A stretch of 64,000 nt of DNA, taken from IMG/VR virus record IMGVR_UViG_3300022876_000098; one strand, 5' to 3'. Shown here in pieces: positions 9,892 to 18,636 of this stretch. The position numbers were made by a program, and so were the translations under genes. This stretch comes from an uncultured virus (IMG/VR IMGVR_UViG_3300022876_000098) (lineage: Duplodnaviria; Heunggongvirae; Uroviricota; Caudoviricetes). How positions within the stretch are numbered: position 1 is the stretch's first letter; each line of letters starts with the position of its first letter. The notes under the pieces are model-generated. The model had not been told where the DNA came from. It did not search any database and saw nothing but the letters and a program-made list of their open reading frames with translations.

Positions 9892-10692
9892 GTGAATTTC
9901 ACCGATTTGTTAAATATGCCAGATGGAGGTGAGATCTCGAAAAGGACGCTCTTTGATTTGATACAGTTCTCCAAGGTACCCGGATCCGCCCACTGGTCCG
10001 GAGAGTCTTCAATAATTAACAATACTCCTCAGCAAGGTATTAATTGGGTAGGTGAAATTCCTGCGCTTGGCGGTGTCTTGGTCAAAGTTCGTTCTGGTAG
10101 TTATAAGCATGACGGATGGGTCGGTGCAGGTAGGGAGCTATATCGGTACTCGTTGAAAGCGCGCAAGGGCGTTATATCTTTAGCAGAAAAAGCGAATCGT
10201 GCTTTGCTCAATCAGCCAGATTTTGGGTATCCGGTACTTTTGTATAGTGAACAGAAAACTAATTGGATTTTTGAAGGGGTTTTCGGAGTAAATGAATGTA
10301 CGGGCGAGTATGTGGTACTTGGTCGTCGCGCCCCGGCGTCGGATTTTATCGATAAACCTACCCAAAGCTTTCTGGAAGGCGGAAAAAAGTTTGTTACCCA
10401 CTTGGTGTCTGAACGAAATACCCAGGTGGTGAGGCTGCTGAAGGCAAATGGCTCGTGCTTGTGTGAAATATGCCAAGAAGATTTTCAGGAAAAATACGGC
10501 ATCCAGTACATCGAGGCTCACCATAAGATTCCAGTGTCAAACCTAGAGTCAGAGGCGGCGGTGACGATGGAAGATCTCGCCCTGTTGTGCTCGAATTGCC
10601 ATTCAGCGGTGCATTCTTATATGCGTGGCGGTCTGCAAAATTATGATGAGATAAAGGCAGTGATCATTGGGGCACTGATGTCAAAGACTTGA
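9892..10692 (+). CDS. HNH endonuclease with putative SRA/PUA-like N-terminal domain
   Basis: CEIC...IEAHHKIP...LLCSNCHSAVH (McrA-type HNH). N-terminal YKHDGW..YRY..NRALL..PVLLY..FEGVF pattern; AT-rich. Confidence 0.8.
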   Translation: MNFTDLLNMPDGGEISKRTLFDLIQFSKVPGSAHWSGESSIINNTPQQGINWVGEIPALGGVLVKVRSGSYKHDGWVGAGRELYRYSLKARKGVISLAEKANRALLNQPDFGYPVLLYSEQKTNWIFEGVFGVNECTGEYVVLGRRAPASDFIDKPTQSFLEGGKKFVTHLVSERNTQVVRLLKANGSCLCEICQEDFQEKYGIQYIEAHHKIPVSNLESEAAVTMEDLALLCSNCHSAVHSYMRGGLQNYDEIKAVIIGALMSKT

Positions 10693-11614
10693 TCAGTCTA
10701 TCGCCTATCCATCGCACAATTGCAACTGGTTTACTGTTGCCCAACGCTTTGTATCTGTGAGCATCTGGGCAGTCTAGCGCGCTATTACCTTTCCAAGGTA
10801 TTGCGGTGTAATTGTCCGGAAATCCTTGGCATCGCTCCCATTCCACTGGTGTGGTTCTGCGCACGCCTCCGGACTCCAGTACATATGCCTCTCGGTCATC
10901 GAGAGCGCCTCCCCCTCGAGCCGTGAGAGTAGGATGAAGTGCGAACTTCTCCGGCCGTCCCGGCGGGCTATCCCGGCGAGGGCCTTCTCGCTCAAAAAGT
11001 ACTTCGAGGGGATCGAATCCTGCTCGAGCACTTCCGACAACGAACACACGGCGGCGTCGTTGGGCCAGGCCGAAATATTGGGCATCCAGAACCCGCCAGG
11101 CGACTGTTCGCGTGGGTCCATACACACAACCAGCGTTCTTCCATTTGCCCCCTGGCGGTTGGAGTTCTTCGGATTCGCCCACCAGGGCGCCGAGGAAGCA
11201 GCCAAACGCGTTGCCTTTGTCGGAGAGGACGCCGGGGACGTTTTCCCAGAGGCAGGCAGCCTCGGGCTCGCCGCGCTTTGTTCGAACATGGTCAATTGCA
11301 TCGAGGAGCTCCACGTATTTGATGGTAAGGGCGCCGCGGGGATCGGCCAGGCCCTCGCGCATGCCCGCCACACTGAAGGCCTGGCAGGGCGTGCCGCCGA
11401 CTAGGACATCGGGCGCAGGGATCTTGCCAGACAGCACCATGGCTGCGAGGCGAGTCATGTCGCCGTGGTTTGGCGTGTTCGGGTAGTGGTAGTTGAGCAC
11501 AGCACAAGGGAAGGGCTCGATCTCTGCGTACCATTCTGCGCGCCAGCCCAGCGGGTGCCAAGCCACGGTCGCAGCTTCAATGCCGCTGCAGACGCTTCCG
11601 TAGGTGATGGGCAT
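10664..11614 (-). CDS. dcm: Phage DNA (cytosine-5) methyltransferase
   Basis: Motif I SVCSGIEA, IV GGTPCQAFS, VI WENVPG, VIII QRRRRVF, IX RRTTPVEWERCQGFP, X ALGNS. Confidence 0.9.
   Translation of the reverse strand: MPITYGSVCSGIEAATVAWHPLGWRAEWYAEIEPFPCAVLNYHYPNTPNHGDMTRLAAMVLSGKIPAPDVLVGGTPCQAFSVAGMREGLADPRGALTIKYVELLDAIDHVRTKRGEPEAACLWENVPGVLSDKGNAFGCFLGALVGESEELQPPGGKWKNAGCVYGPTRTVAWRVLDAQYFGLAQRRRRVFVVGSARAGFDPLEVLFEREGPRRDSPPGRPEKFALHPTLTARGGGALDDREAYVLESGGVRRTTPVEWERCQGFPDNYTAIPWKGNSALDCPDAHRYKALGNSKPVAIVRWIGDRLIKSLTSVPQ
10774..11301 (-). CDS. Overprinted ORF inside dcm (M.EcoHK31I beta-like)
   Basis: Alternative frame starting MQLTMFEQ, with FWMPNISAWPNDAAVCSLSEVLE...KYFLSEKALAGIARR. 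Confidence 0.5.
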   Translation of the reverse strand: MQLTMFEQSAASPRLPASGKTSPASSPTKATRLAASSAPWWANPKNSNRQGANGRTLVVCMDPREQSPGGFWMPNISAWPNDAAVCSLSEVLEQDSIPSKYFLSEKALAGIARRDGRRSSHFILLSRLEGEALSMTERHMYWSPEACAEPHQWNGSDAKDFRTITPQYLGKVIAR

Positions 11615-11627
11615 TGGTGATCCTCCG

Positions 11628-12018
11628 CTACGCAACCTTTGGCGTCATCTCTGGCTGGTAGTCGACCCAGCCAATCCTCGGCGCCTTCGTTTTCTTGTTG
11701 ATGAGCGGATTGCCCTCGGCGTCAGTCAGAGTGCACCTGGCCCTGACCCGGAGGTCTCGGCAGTTACCGCCCTTGCGTGCGAGCGAGACGAACTGCTCGG
11801 CATACTGCGGCGCATCAAAGGTAGGGCTGAGCTGGCGCACCTTCTTGCCCTGCATGATCTTCACCGCCTGCTTGTGGACTGCCTCGTCCCATTCAGCGAC
11901 TGTCAGGTCGATGGGGGGGGCAACCAACCTTTCCGCTGGGCTTGGTGGTCTTCGTGGTTTTCCTGGCCTCGGCCAGCGCTACATCACGGGTCATTCCGAA
12001 CACTGCGAATGTGCTCAT
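11628..12018 (-). pseudogene. Phage hypothetical protein with +1 frameshift at a G8 run (11913-11920)
   Basis: MSTFAVFGMTRDVALAEARK...GKVGC joins PPIDLTVAEWDE only if one base of the run is removed; span is 391 nt. Confidence 0.65.
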
Positions 12019-12162
12019 GGTGATCTCCAGGCAGGCGCCGCCCTCGCCGGGGAGGCGTTATCGTTGAATAGGGAAAGGCGCTGGCTGATGGCACGACGCC
12101 ACGTTTTGCGAGAGGGGTGGAACTTTGGTATAACGCCCGGCCATTTCACAGGAAGGAACCTC

Positions 12163-12336
12163 ATGAAACGCACAATCGTTGGCGCGATCCTGGTCGCTAT
12201 CACTGCTCTTTCTCTCGGCGGTTGCTGGGAGTCCGAAGCAGAGATCCAGGAGAAGGAAAAGGATCAGCACTCCAAAGATTTCTGGGATATGGGCGGCCCA
12301 ACTGACCGCAGCAAGAGTGAAGGCTTCAAGCCCTGA
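12163..12336 (+). CDS. Small lipoprotein moron (exclusion-protein-like)
   Basis: Signal peptide with lipobox LGGC; extended -10 TGGTATAAC at ~12126; own terminator. Confidence 0.75.
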   Translation: MKRTIVGAILVAITALSLGGCWESEAEIQEKEKDQHSKDFWDMGGPTDRSKSEGFKP

Positions 12337-12351
12337 CTCAACCTTCCCGTT

Positions 12352-12384
12352 AACGCCGCCGACACAAGGCGGCGTTTTCGTTTG
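12352..12384 (+). terminator. Intrinsic terminator
   Basis: ACGCCGCC-GACACAA-GGCGGCGT followed by TTTCGTTT. Confidence 0.75.
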
Positions 12385-12500
12385 TGGAGAAGGCGCTGGC
12401 GGGCAGCGCCCGAGTGATATGCTTCGCCGCTCACCAAACAAGGATGGTGGTAATGGGGTTGCGAGATCGAGGAAGATCGCCAAGATCAGGAGCTGCCGCG

Positions 12501-12908
12501 ATGAAGACCCGAACGGCATCATTCATAGGGCTCGCGATTTGGATAGCGTTTCTTTGGCTGGGAAAGCCATCTGCGTCGTTGATCAGCTATTCTGTGCCGT
12601 TTGGAATTGCTCTGATCGCCACAGGCCCCCTCGAACTGATCCCAGATCGTTGGCACAGGCTTAATTTCCTCGTCAATGCCTTGGCGACTGGATTCTTCTT
12701 CGTCAGCATCATGTTTGCGATAGTGGCAATTTCTTTCGCCCTGTCATTGAGCACAAGCGAGCGTTCGATTTTCTGCCTTGCTGCATGGGCAACGCTGTTG
12801 ATTGTTTACCATTTCGCAATCCCTCGGCTGAAGCGGTCACCTTTTCACCGACTCAGCGAGGATAGAGGGATGTACAGCCCTCCAACGGATGACGATAAAC
12901 GGAACTGA
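12501..12908 (+). CDS. Four-TM membrane protein (moron)
   Basis: AGGAG SD, four hydrophobic segments, flanked by 17-bp direct repeats. Confidence 0.7.
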   Translation: MKTRTASFIGLAIWIAFLWLGKPSASLISYSVPFGIALIATGPLELIPDRWHRLNFLVNALATGFFFVSIMFAIVAISFALSLSTSERSIFCLAAWATLLIVYHFAIPRLKRSPFHRLSEDRGMYSPPTDDDKRN

Positions 12909-12963
12909 GATCAGATAGGCCAATGCCGGAGCAGATTAGTCGCTGGCGGGCAGCGCCGGAGGG

Positions 12964-13380
12964 TCAGACGGCGGCGCGAACCTTGAAGCTCAGCATGGCG
13001 GTGGCGTCGTCGTTGAAGCACTCAGCCAGTTCTTGATAGGCCCGGTACTTGGCTTGGCTTCGAGTGGCTGCCCAAATGCGCTGCACGTAGTGGTGTGCAT
13101 CGCCCAGCATGTGACGCACATCGTCCCAGTAGTACATCCCGTTGGTGAGCACCTCCCACTGCTTGAGAGGAAGCTTCTCGGCCATTTCGCCGTACTGCAT
13201 TTCCCAGGTTGGGTGGTAGTTACGGATGCGCTTCTTCGGGTCGCTGTCGAGGATTACGCCGATGTACTGACCGCGGTCGGCCACGATCACGCCAGGCTCG
13301 CCGTTGGCTATGACGCGCCGGCCTATCTCAGCTGGTACGCCGTAATGGCGTCGGACGTAGTCGCAGTTGTAGTTGCTCAT
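12964..13380 (-). CDS. Phage hypothetical protein
   Basis: GGAG SD; YVRRHYGVPAEIGRRV. Confidence 0.75.
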   Translation of the reverse strand: MSNYNCDYVRRHYGVPAEIGRRVIANGEPGVIVADRGQYIGVILDSDPKKRIRNYHPTWEMQYGEMAEKLPLKQWEVLTNGMYYWDDVRHMLGDAHHYVQRIWAATRSQAKYRAYQELAECFNDDATAMLSFKVRAAV

Positions 13381-13538
13381 GGCTTTCTCCATGCATGCGC
13401 CGCCCTCCGTGGCCGGATGCGGCGATAGATTCTCGGAAAATATGGAAACCAAAACCGCTTGGATACCAGCGTGATTTTCGATAGCCTCCTGCCAGCATTG
13501 GTCTGAGTCGGCTGGTCTCTAAGCAAGGAAGTACTGAA

Positions 13539-13883
13539 ATGAGTGAAGCGAAAAGCAATGGCGTCCTGTTAATGGTGCTGGGAACGGCAGTGCTAGCGTT
13601 GGGAGGTGTAGGCTTTGCCAGTTGGTTCCAGTCGAAGCAAAAGGCTGAAGCATTTGCGGAATCGCGAAACAACGAATGTTTCAACCAGGTGAAACGAAAT
13701 TTTCGCTATCCGTCTAAGGCGGTTTTGCTAAGCACGGTCGAAGTGTCGCCAACCGAATTGGGGGGGCGAGCGGAATTCATGAATGGATTCGGCGCTATGA
13801 TCCCCTACAGATTCCAGTGCGAGTTTTATTCAGACACATCGGACACGGTGAAGGGGCGACCGAGGATCACCGAAGGTGATTAA
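13539..13883 (+). CDS. Membrane-anchored exported protein (moron)
   Basis: N-terminal TM; two Cys; NGFGAMI motif. Confidence 0.7.
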   Translation: MSEAKSNGVLLMVLGTAVLALGGVGFASWFQSKQKAEAFAESRNNECFNQVKRNFRYPSKAVLLSTVEVSPTELGGRAEFMNGFGAMIPYRFQCEFYSDTSDTVKGRPRITEGD

Positions 13884-14096
13884 TTCCCTCGCGAATGCTG
13901 AAGCCTTTCCAATATTGCTCTGGCGCTTGCTATTAAAAGGGCCGCAGGGCTGCCGTCCGGCTTCTTGTCCATGAAGTGGACACTGCGTGGCCAATGCGCA
14001 TGGGTGTTCCTCCGTGGCCGGCTGGCGGCATGGTGGCAATTTGGTTTGGGGTGGGGTATTACGGGTGACCGGCATGGGGCCGGCCCGGAGGTGATT

Positions 14097-14663
14097 TTGA
14101 CAGAGGCTGAAAAGGACCAACTTGACGCTGCCAAGCGGGTATACGAGCAATGCCTGGAAATCAGAAACTTTGAGATCGGACAGCTGACAAATCGCAACAA
14201 CTTCCTGATGATTTTTCAGGGGGTTTTGTTTGCCGGATTGGTGCAGTCAGCAGGTTCGTTTCCAATTGTGACCTTCATGGCTTGCCTCACGGGTGTGCTT
14301 GTATCTTGGTATCAGACGAAGATCGCAGCTGGTGCAAAGTATTGGCAGGAGCACTGGGAAGCCGAGGTAAGAGAATCCGAGATCAGATTGATCGAGATTC
14401 TTGCTAAAATCCCTGACCGGACACCTGTCAGGCTTTTTTCTCAAGAGCAAGCTGATATTCGATCAGCGGTTCAAAAACGCCTGGAAAAAGGGAATACGGG
14501 GTTTGTCATGAGGACACTTATCCTGGAGAAATTTTCGGTAAGTAAGGTTCCGATTCAGCTGGGCATAGCTCTCATGCTCATCTGGGCAACGCTACTAATC
14601 TGTACCGTTAATTTCGGGTTGTGTTTGTCAGTTCCAGATTTCATAACCGGATTCAAGCGCTGA
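14097..14663 (+). CDS. Membrane protein resembling the RipA/8xMP oligomeric-pore family
   Basis: GGAGG SD then TTG. YEQCLEIRNFEI..RNNFLMIFQGVLFAG, TM, GAKYWQEHWE, C-terminal TM. Family recalled from memory. Confidence 0.55.
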   Translation: MTEAEKDQLDAAKRVYEQCLEIRNFEIGQLTNRNNFLMIFQGVLFAGLVQSAGSFPIVTFMACLTGVLVSWYQTKIAAGAKYWQEHWEAEVRESEIRLIEILAKIPDRTPVRLFSQEQADIRSAVQKRLEKGNTGFVMRTLILEKFSVSKVPIQLGIALMLIWATLLICTVNFGLCLSVPDFITGFKR

Positions 14664-15203
14664 AGCTTGTGCAAGCGTTTCTCCGGTGCAGTTCCCAGGA
14701 CCAATAATTTCATCACCTAGATCCTGCTGAATCTTCAGCATACTCTTCCGGTCGAAGGCCAGGGCCAGCCTTGGTGAGATGCTGATTTCATGCCGCGGCG
14801 GGGTGAGAAACTTCGCCGCGTGCAGCCTTCCCAGTGCGTGGATTCCGTAGATCAATGCTTCGATCATCTGGCTGTAGGTCGAGTCCGCCCAGCCGCATAT
14901 TGCGCGCAGGTGCTGGCCAGTCCGCTGCCTGGCCGATAGCCTCAACGGCTCAGTCCGCGCCACAGATCGGTGAGCCTCGATTTCGTGGCGCGCGACCCTA
15001 AACAGGGCTTGATGCCCTAGAGCTTCGATGTGATGAATCATCAGCGTCATCGCCTCGCCCTGTTCCTCGATCCCGGCCCACTCCATCAGCTCAAGCAGGG
15101 CCTGTTTAGTCCCTGGTCGAACCTTCAAGCGCAGGTCTTCTTCCTGCAACCGTGCGGCTTTGGCGCGGCGTTTCTCGTCGCGCTCCTTGGGTGACATCGC
15201 CAT
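14628..15203 (-). CDS. Phage protein with internally duplicated DNA-binding-like module
   Basis: EDLRLKVRPGTKQAL..W..IHHIEALG is echoed by EPLRLSARQRTGQHL..W..IYGIHALG. Confidence 0.65.
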   Translation of the reverse strand: MAMSPKERDEKRRAKAARLQEEDLRLKVRPGTKQALLELMEWAGIEEQGEAMTLMIHHIEALGHQALFRVARHEIEAHRSVARTEPLRLSARQRTGQHLRAICGWADSTYSQMIEALIYGIHALGRLHAAKFLTPPRHEISISPRLALAFDRKSMLKIQQDLGDEIIGPGNCTGETLAQASALESGYEIWN

Positions 15204-15284
15204 ACGGCACCTCCATGATTCCGCTGGGCGGGATGTGTATGTGCAGCTGGCGGCGACGCTGCTGCGTGAGCTTCTGAATGCGTC

Positions 15285-15449
15285 TCATGGGTGGCACACC
15301 TCAATGGGCGTTTTCTTCGTCGAGCCAGACGGCATAACCACCAGTAGACGCTTGTTTCCTCGGTATACGCCCCAAGGCTGACCAGTGGATCTGGCCATGG
15401 CCGCCGCGTACTTCACGGCGGGCACAGGCTGAGACATGGTGGCGATCAT
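15285..15449 (-). CDS. Small phage hypothetical protein (54 aa)
   Basis: [33 protein letters not shown]-coupled to ssb. Confidence 0.55.
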   Translation of the reverse strand: MIATMSQPVPAVKYAAAMARSTGQPWGVYRGNKRLLVVMPSGSTKKTPIEVCHP

Positions 15450-15982
15450 GCGCCCGCCAGGTGGTTGAGCGGGGCGAACGGGATGTCGTCGTCGAAGCTT
15501 TCGGGGTCCGGCCCATACCCTGCTTGCTGGTTCTGTTGCTGCGGCGCCTGGCGCTGCTGTTGGTACTGCTGGCGCTGCGGCTGCTGTCGTTGCTGCTGAG
15601 GCTGGCGTTGTTGCTGTTGCTGCTGGCCGCCTTGGTTGTCAGGCCGCCCCCCGAGCAGCTGCAGGGTGCCGTTGATGTCGACGTGCACCTCTGTGGCGTA
15701 GCGCTTGATCCCGTCTTTCTCCCATTCGCGGGTTTTCAGCTTGCCCTCGATGTAACACTGGGAGCCCTTGCGCAGGTACTCGCCGGCAATCTCAGCGACC
15801 TTGCCGAACAGCACCACGCGGTGCCATTCGGTCTTCTCGACCCTCTGGCCGGTCTGCCTGTCGTTCCACGATTCGCTGGTGGCCAGGCTTAGATTCGTGA
15901 CCGCGTTGCCGTTGGGCAGGTAGCGGACCTCGGGGTCCTGGCCGCAGGTGCCGACCAGGATGACTTTGTTGACGCCTCTCAT
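15446..15982 (-). CDS. ssb: Single-stranded DNA-binding protein
   Basis: [11 protein letters not shown] fold, Q-rich linker, DDDIPF tail. Confidence 0.95.
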   Translation of the reverse strand: MRGVNKVILVGTCGQDPEVRYLPNGNAVTNLSLATSESWNDRQTGQRVEKTEWHRVVLFGKVAEIAGEYLRKGSQCYIEGKLKTREWEKDGIKRYATEVHVDINGTLQLLGGRPDNQGGQQQQQQRQPQQQRQQPQRQQYQQQRQAPQQQNQQAGYGPDPESFDDDIPFAPLNHLAGA

Positions 15983-16746
15983 GCTGCTTTGCTCCTCAGC
16001 TGTTGCTCGAAGCCGTCGACCAATAGCTTGAACTCCCACAGGTCCTGCTCAAGCTGTTCGATGTAGTCGTCATCGCGCTTGAACTCACGCCACCAGAGCT
16101 GGCGGCCTACCGGCTTGAGGAGGGGGCAGTACATCCCGATGTGCCACCATTTCCGGCCAGTGATCCACATGCAGCCCTGCACCTGGTCGATGACATCACT
16201 GGCGTCGTTGTCGATGTGGAAGGCGCGGAGCTTGTCTGGGGCCAGGAAGCACTTGTACTCGCTGCCGCCGTCTTCGCCGATGAAGCCGTCCGCGCTGGCG
16301 CCGAACGAGCCGTCGTCTGTTTTGACCAGACCGACCTGCGTGACAATCAGACCTGTCTGGATTTCGTGCTCCATCCGCGCCTCCGGCTCCAGTTCATGGC
16401 CGCGGCGCATCTGCCAGGTCTCGAACCCTCCATCGAGCGGGGCGCCCCCGATGCGCTCGACGGCCAGCTCGAAGGCGTAGGTGAGGGCGGCATTCGATGG
16501 CTCTCCCACCTTTTCGCCATCCAGCGCCCTCTGAACAACCTCCGCCTTCGGCCCAGCCTTGTATCCGGCAAGATCGCGCGCCTTGGCTTCACTGTGCCCC
16601 GCCAGAATGGCGTCGACGTAGGTTCGCTGCTGCGCGGTCAGCCCATTCACTTTCGAGCGGGCGGTGCTGAACATGCTGGCGGTGATCACTCCAGCGCGGG
16701 CCTGCAGCCACTCGGGCGAGCCTTGGGTGCAATTGACGATAATCAT
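15979..16746 (-). CDS. YqaJ/lambda-exonuclease family protein
   Basis: [33 protein letters not shown]. Confidence 0.9.
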   Translation of the reverse strand: MIIVNCTQGSPEWLQARAGVITASMFSTARSKVNGLTAQQRTYVDAILAGHSEAKARDLAGYKAGPKAEVVQRALDGEKVGEPSNAALTYAFELAVERIGGAPLDGGFETWQMRRGHELEPEARMEHEIQTGLIVTQVGLVKTDDGSFGASADGFIGEDGGSEYKCFLAPDKLRAFHIDNDASDVIDQVQGCMWITGRKWWHIGMYCPLLKPVGRQLWWREFKRDDDYIEQLEQDLWEFKLLVDGFEQQLRSKAA

Positions 16747-17504
16747 GGGTTGGCCTCCAGTACTGTTTTCCGCTTGGTAACGGCGATCTTCACCGCGTCG
16801 TATCCGGCTTTGTCACCGCTCGCCTGCATGACCTTCACGGATGCCTGCCATACATCCTTGAGCTCATCTGGCGTGGCGGCCGCTTCGACTTGGGCAAGGA
16901 TGTCGTTTAGCGCCTGGGCCCGCATTTCCGCCGTATCGGAGCCATCCGACGATTGCGCGTCGTCGTCCCTGACGTCGCCGGTTGTGATGTTCAGCAAGGC
17001 GCACATCACGTAGCGCTTGCCGTAGGTGGTGGACGAACCGACGGCTTGAACATCGTTCCGGCCTTTGCCGATGTCGGCCGGCAGGGTCATGGTTGTCTGC
17101 TCGCGGTGGCCGTCGCGGTGCATCAGGATGCCGGTGACGCTGATCGACTTGTCCTGGTTCTCCACCTTGAAGGTGATCGCGAAGCCGTGCCGCTGCATGA
17201 TCGGCTTGACCACCCGGGTGATGTCGTCGAGCGTGGCGTAGGCGTTGCCGGTGTGCAGATTCACCGCCGCTTCGAACACGGTCGGGATCTCGCATTGCAT
17301 CTGCGCCATGCCGGCGTTGAAGGCGGCTTCTGCTGTCTTGGCCTGCATGCGCTCATGCATGGCCAGGAGCCGCTCCATCTTCTCGATGTCGCAGGTTGGG
17401 TCGGCGGCTGCTCGGCTGATCACCGCCATTATGCTGTTGTCGACGGGGCCGGGCGCAGCCACTGCCTGGCGACGCTGTTTGGGCACAATGATTGCCCTGG
17501 TCAT
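16743..17504 (-). CDS. erf: ERF family ssDNA-annealing protein
   Basis: YATLDDI and QAVGSSTTYGKRY..DDDA motifs. Confidence 0.9.
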   Translation of the reverse strand: MTRAIIVPKQRRQAVAAPGPVDNSIMAVISRAAADPTCDIEKMERLLAMHERMQAKTAEAAFNAGMAQMQCEIPTVFEAAVNLHTGNAYATLDDITRVVKPIMQRHGFAITFKVENQDKSISVTGILMHRDGHREQTTMTLPADIGKGRNDVQAVGSSTTYGKRYVMCALLNITTGDVRDDDAQSSDGSDTAEMRAQALNDILAQVEAAATPDELKDVWQASVKVMQASGDKAGYDAVKIAVTKRKTVLEANP

Positions 17505-17514
17505 GGTCTGTGCC

Positions 17515-18636
17515 TCAGTAAGTGATGGCGATGTTGGGGATCTTGCGCTGGGCAATCAGGGTGATTGCCTGCTTGGCGCACTCCTCGGTCATGCCGCCGG
17601 CAGCGAAGGCCTCCAATGCGGCGCGGTTGATGCTGGCCCGGTGCGCCTTGTCGCGCTCGCGGGCCTCTTGCTGCCGGAGGATTTCGGCTGCTGCTGCATC
17701 GGCGCGGCGACGCTCTTCCTGGCGCGCCTGCTCGGCTGCCTCCTCTTGCCGTCGAGCGGCGTCCTGGCGCTCCTGCTCCATTCGCTGCTCGGCCGCAACG
17801 CGGTCGGCCTCGGCCTGAATCCGGGCGCGCTCGGCTTGTTCGGCTTGCAGCTTGAGTTGCAGGCGCTGGTTCTCGGCTTCGCGCTCTTGTGCGGCAGCCT
17901 GATCAAGCAGTTCCTGCTCGCGGCGGGCTGCGGTTTCACGCGCTGCCTGCTGCTCTTGGGCCACACGCTGACGCTCCGCCTCGACTGCGGCCTCCTGTGC
18001 CAGACGGATACGGTCCTGCTCGGCCCGCTCTTCTGCTTCGCGGCGCAGTCGGGCCAGTTCGGCCTGTTCGGCGTCGTACTTCTGGCGGACGACCAGGGCG
18101 GCCTGCACTGCATTCAGCGAAGCCTCTTTGGTCCGAGCTGCCTCAGCCTCGAATTCCTCCCACGCTTCGCCCAACTGGAACTCGGAGAGCTCGCTGAGGC
18201 GCGCCTGCAGTTGCTCGGCATCCAAGGTGCCCAGCTCGGCCAGGTCCTTCATACGGTTGATTGCGTCGTTGTGGCGGTCGATCCGAGCATCCTCGGCAGC
18301 TTCCCACTCGGTGAGCGGCCGGCGCGTCTCGTCCCGTAGGGCGTCCATTTTGGTCACGAACTCGCGCAGCTCGGCCTCAACGACCTTCGGCATTTCCTTG
18401 AGCCGGCGCAGGTAGTCGCGGCCAGGCTTCTCGACAGCGGTCTTCGACTTGCTGACTTTGGCGGCAAGGCTGGCGATGCGCTCGCGGCCCTTGCGGGTTT
18501 TCAGGTCAGGCACTTCGCCCAGTACCTCACCCTTCACCAAGTCGATGAATTGCTGCAGGCCGCCGGCCACGTAGATGGCCGGGGCGTTCGCCTCGCTGAT
18601 CTCTTCGATCGCGATCAGTTTCTGTTCTGCGGACAT
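17515..18636 (-). CDS. Long coiled-coil phage protein
   Basis: PDLKTRKGRERIASLAAKV; E/A/Q/R-rich heptads; upstream of erf. Confidence 0.8.
   Translation of the reverse strand: MSAEQKLIAIEEISEANAPAIYVAGGLQQFIDLVKGEVLGEVPDLKTRKGRERIASLAAKVSKSKTAVEKPGRDYLRRLKEMPKVVEAELREFVTKMDALRDETRRPLTEWEAAEDARIDRHNDAINRMKDLAELGTLDAEQLQARLSELSEFQLGEAWEEFEAEAARTKEASLNAVQAALVVRQKYDAEQAELARLRREAEERAEQDRIRLAQEAAVEAERQRVAQEQQAARETAARREQELLDQAAAQEREAENQRLQLKLQAEQAERARIQAEADRVAAEQRMEQERQDAARRQEEAAEQARQEERRRADAAAAEILRQQEARERDKAHRASINRAALEAFAAGGMTEECAKQAITLIAQRKIPNIAITY

Noticed and set aside
13965..14096. N-terminal extension of the membrane ORF in the ORF track
   Set aside because: Overlaps displaced intergenic repeat DNA; a better SD-linked start lies at 14097.
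15530..15630. CAG/CAA repeats
   Set aside because: Ordinary Q-rich linker of SSB.
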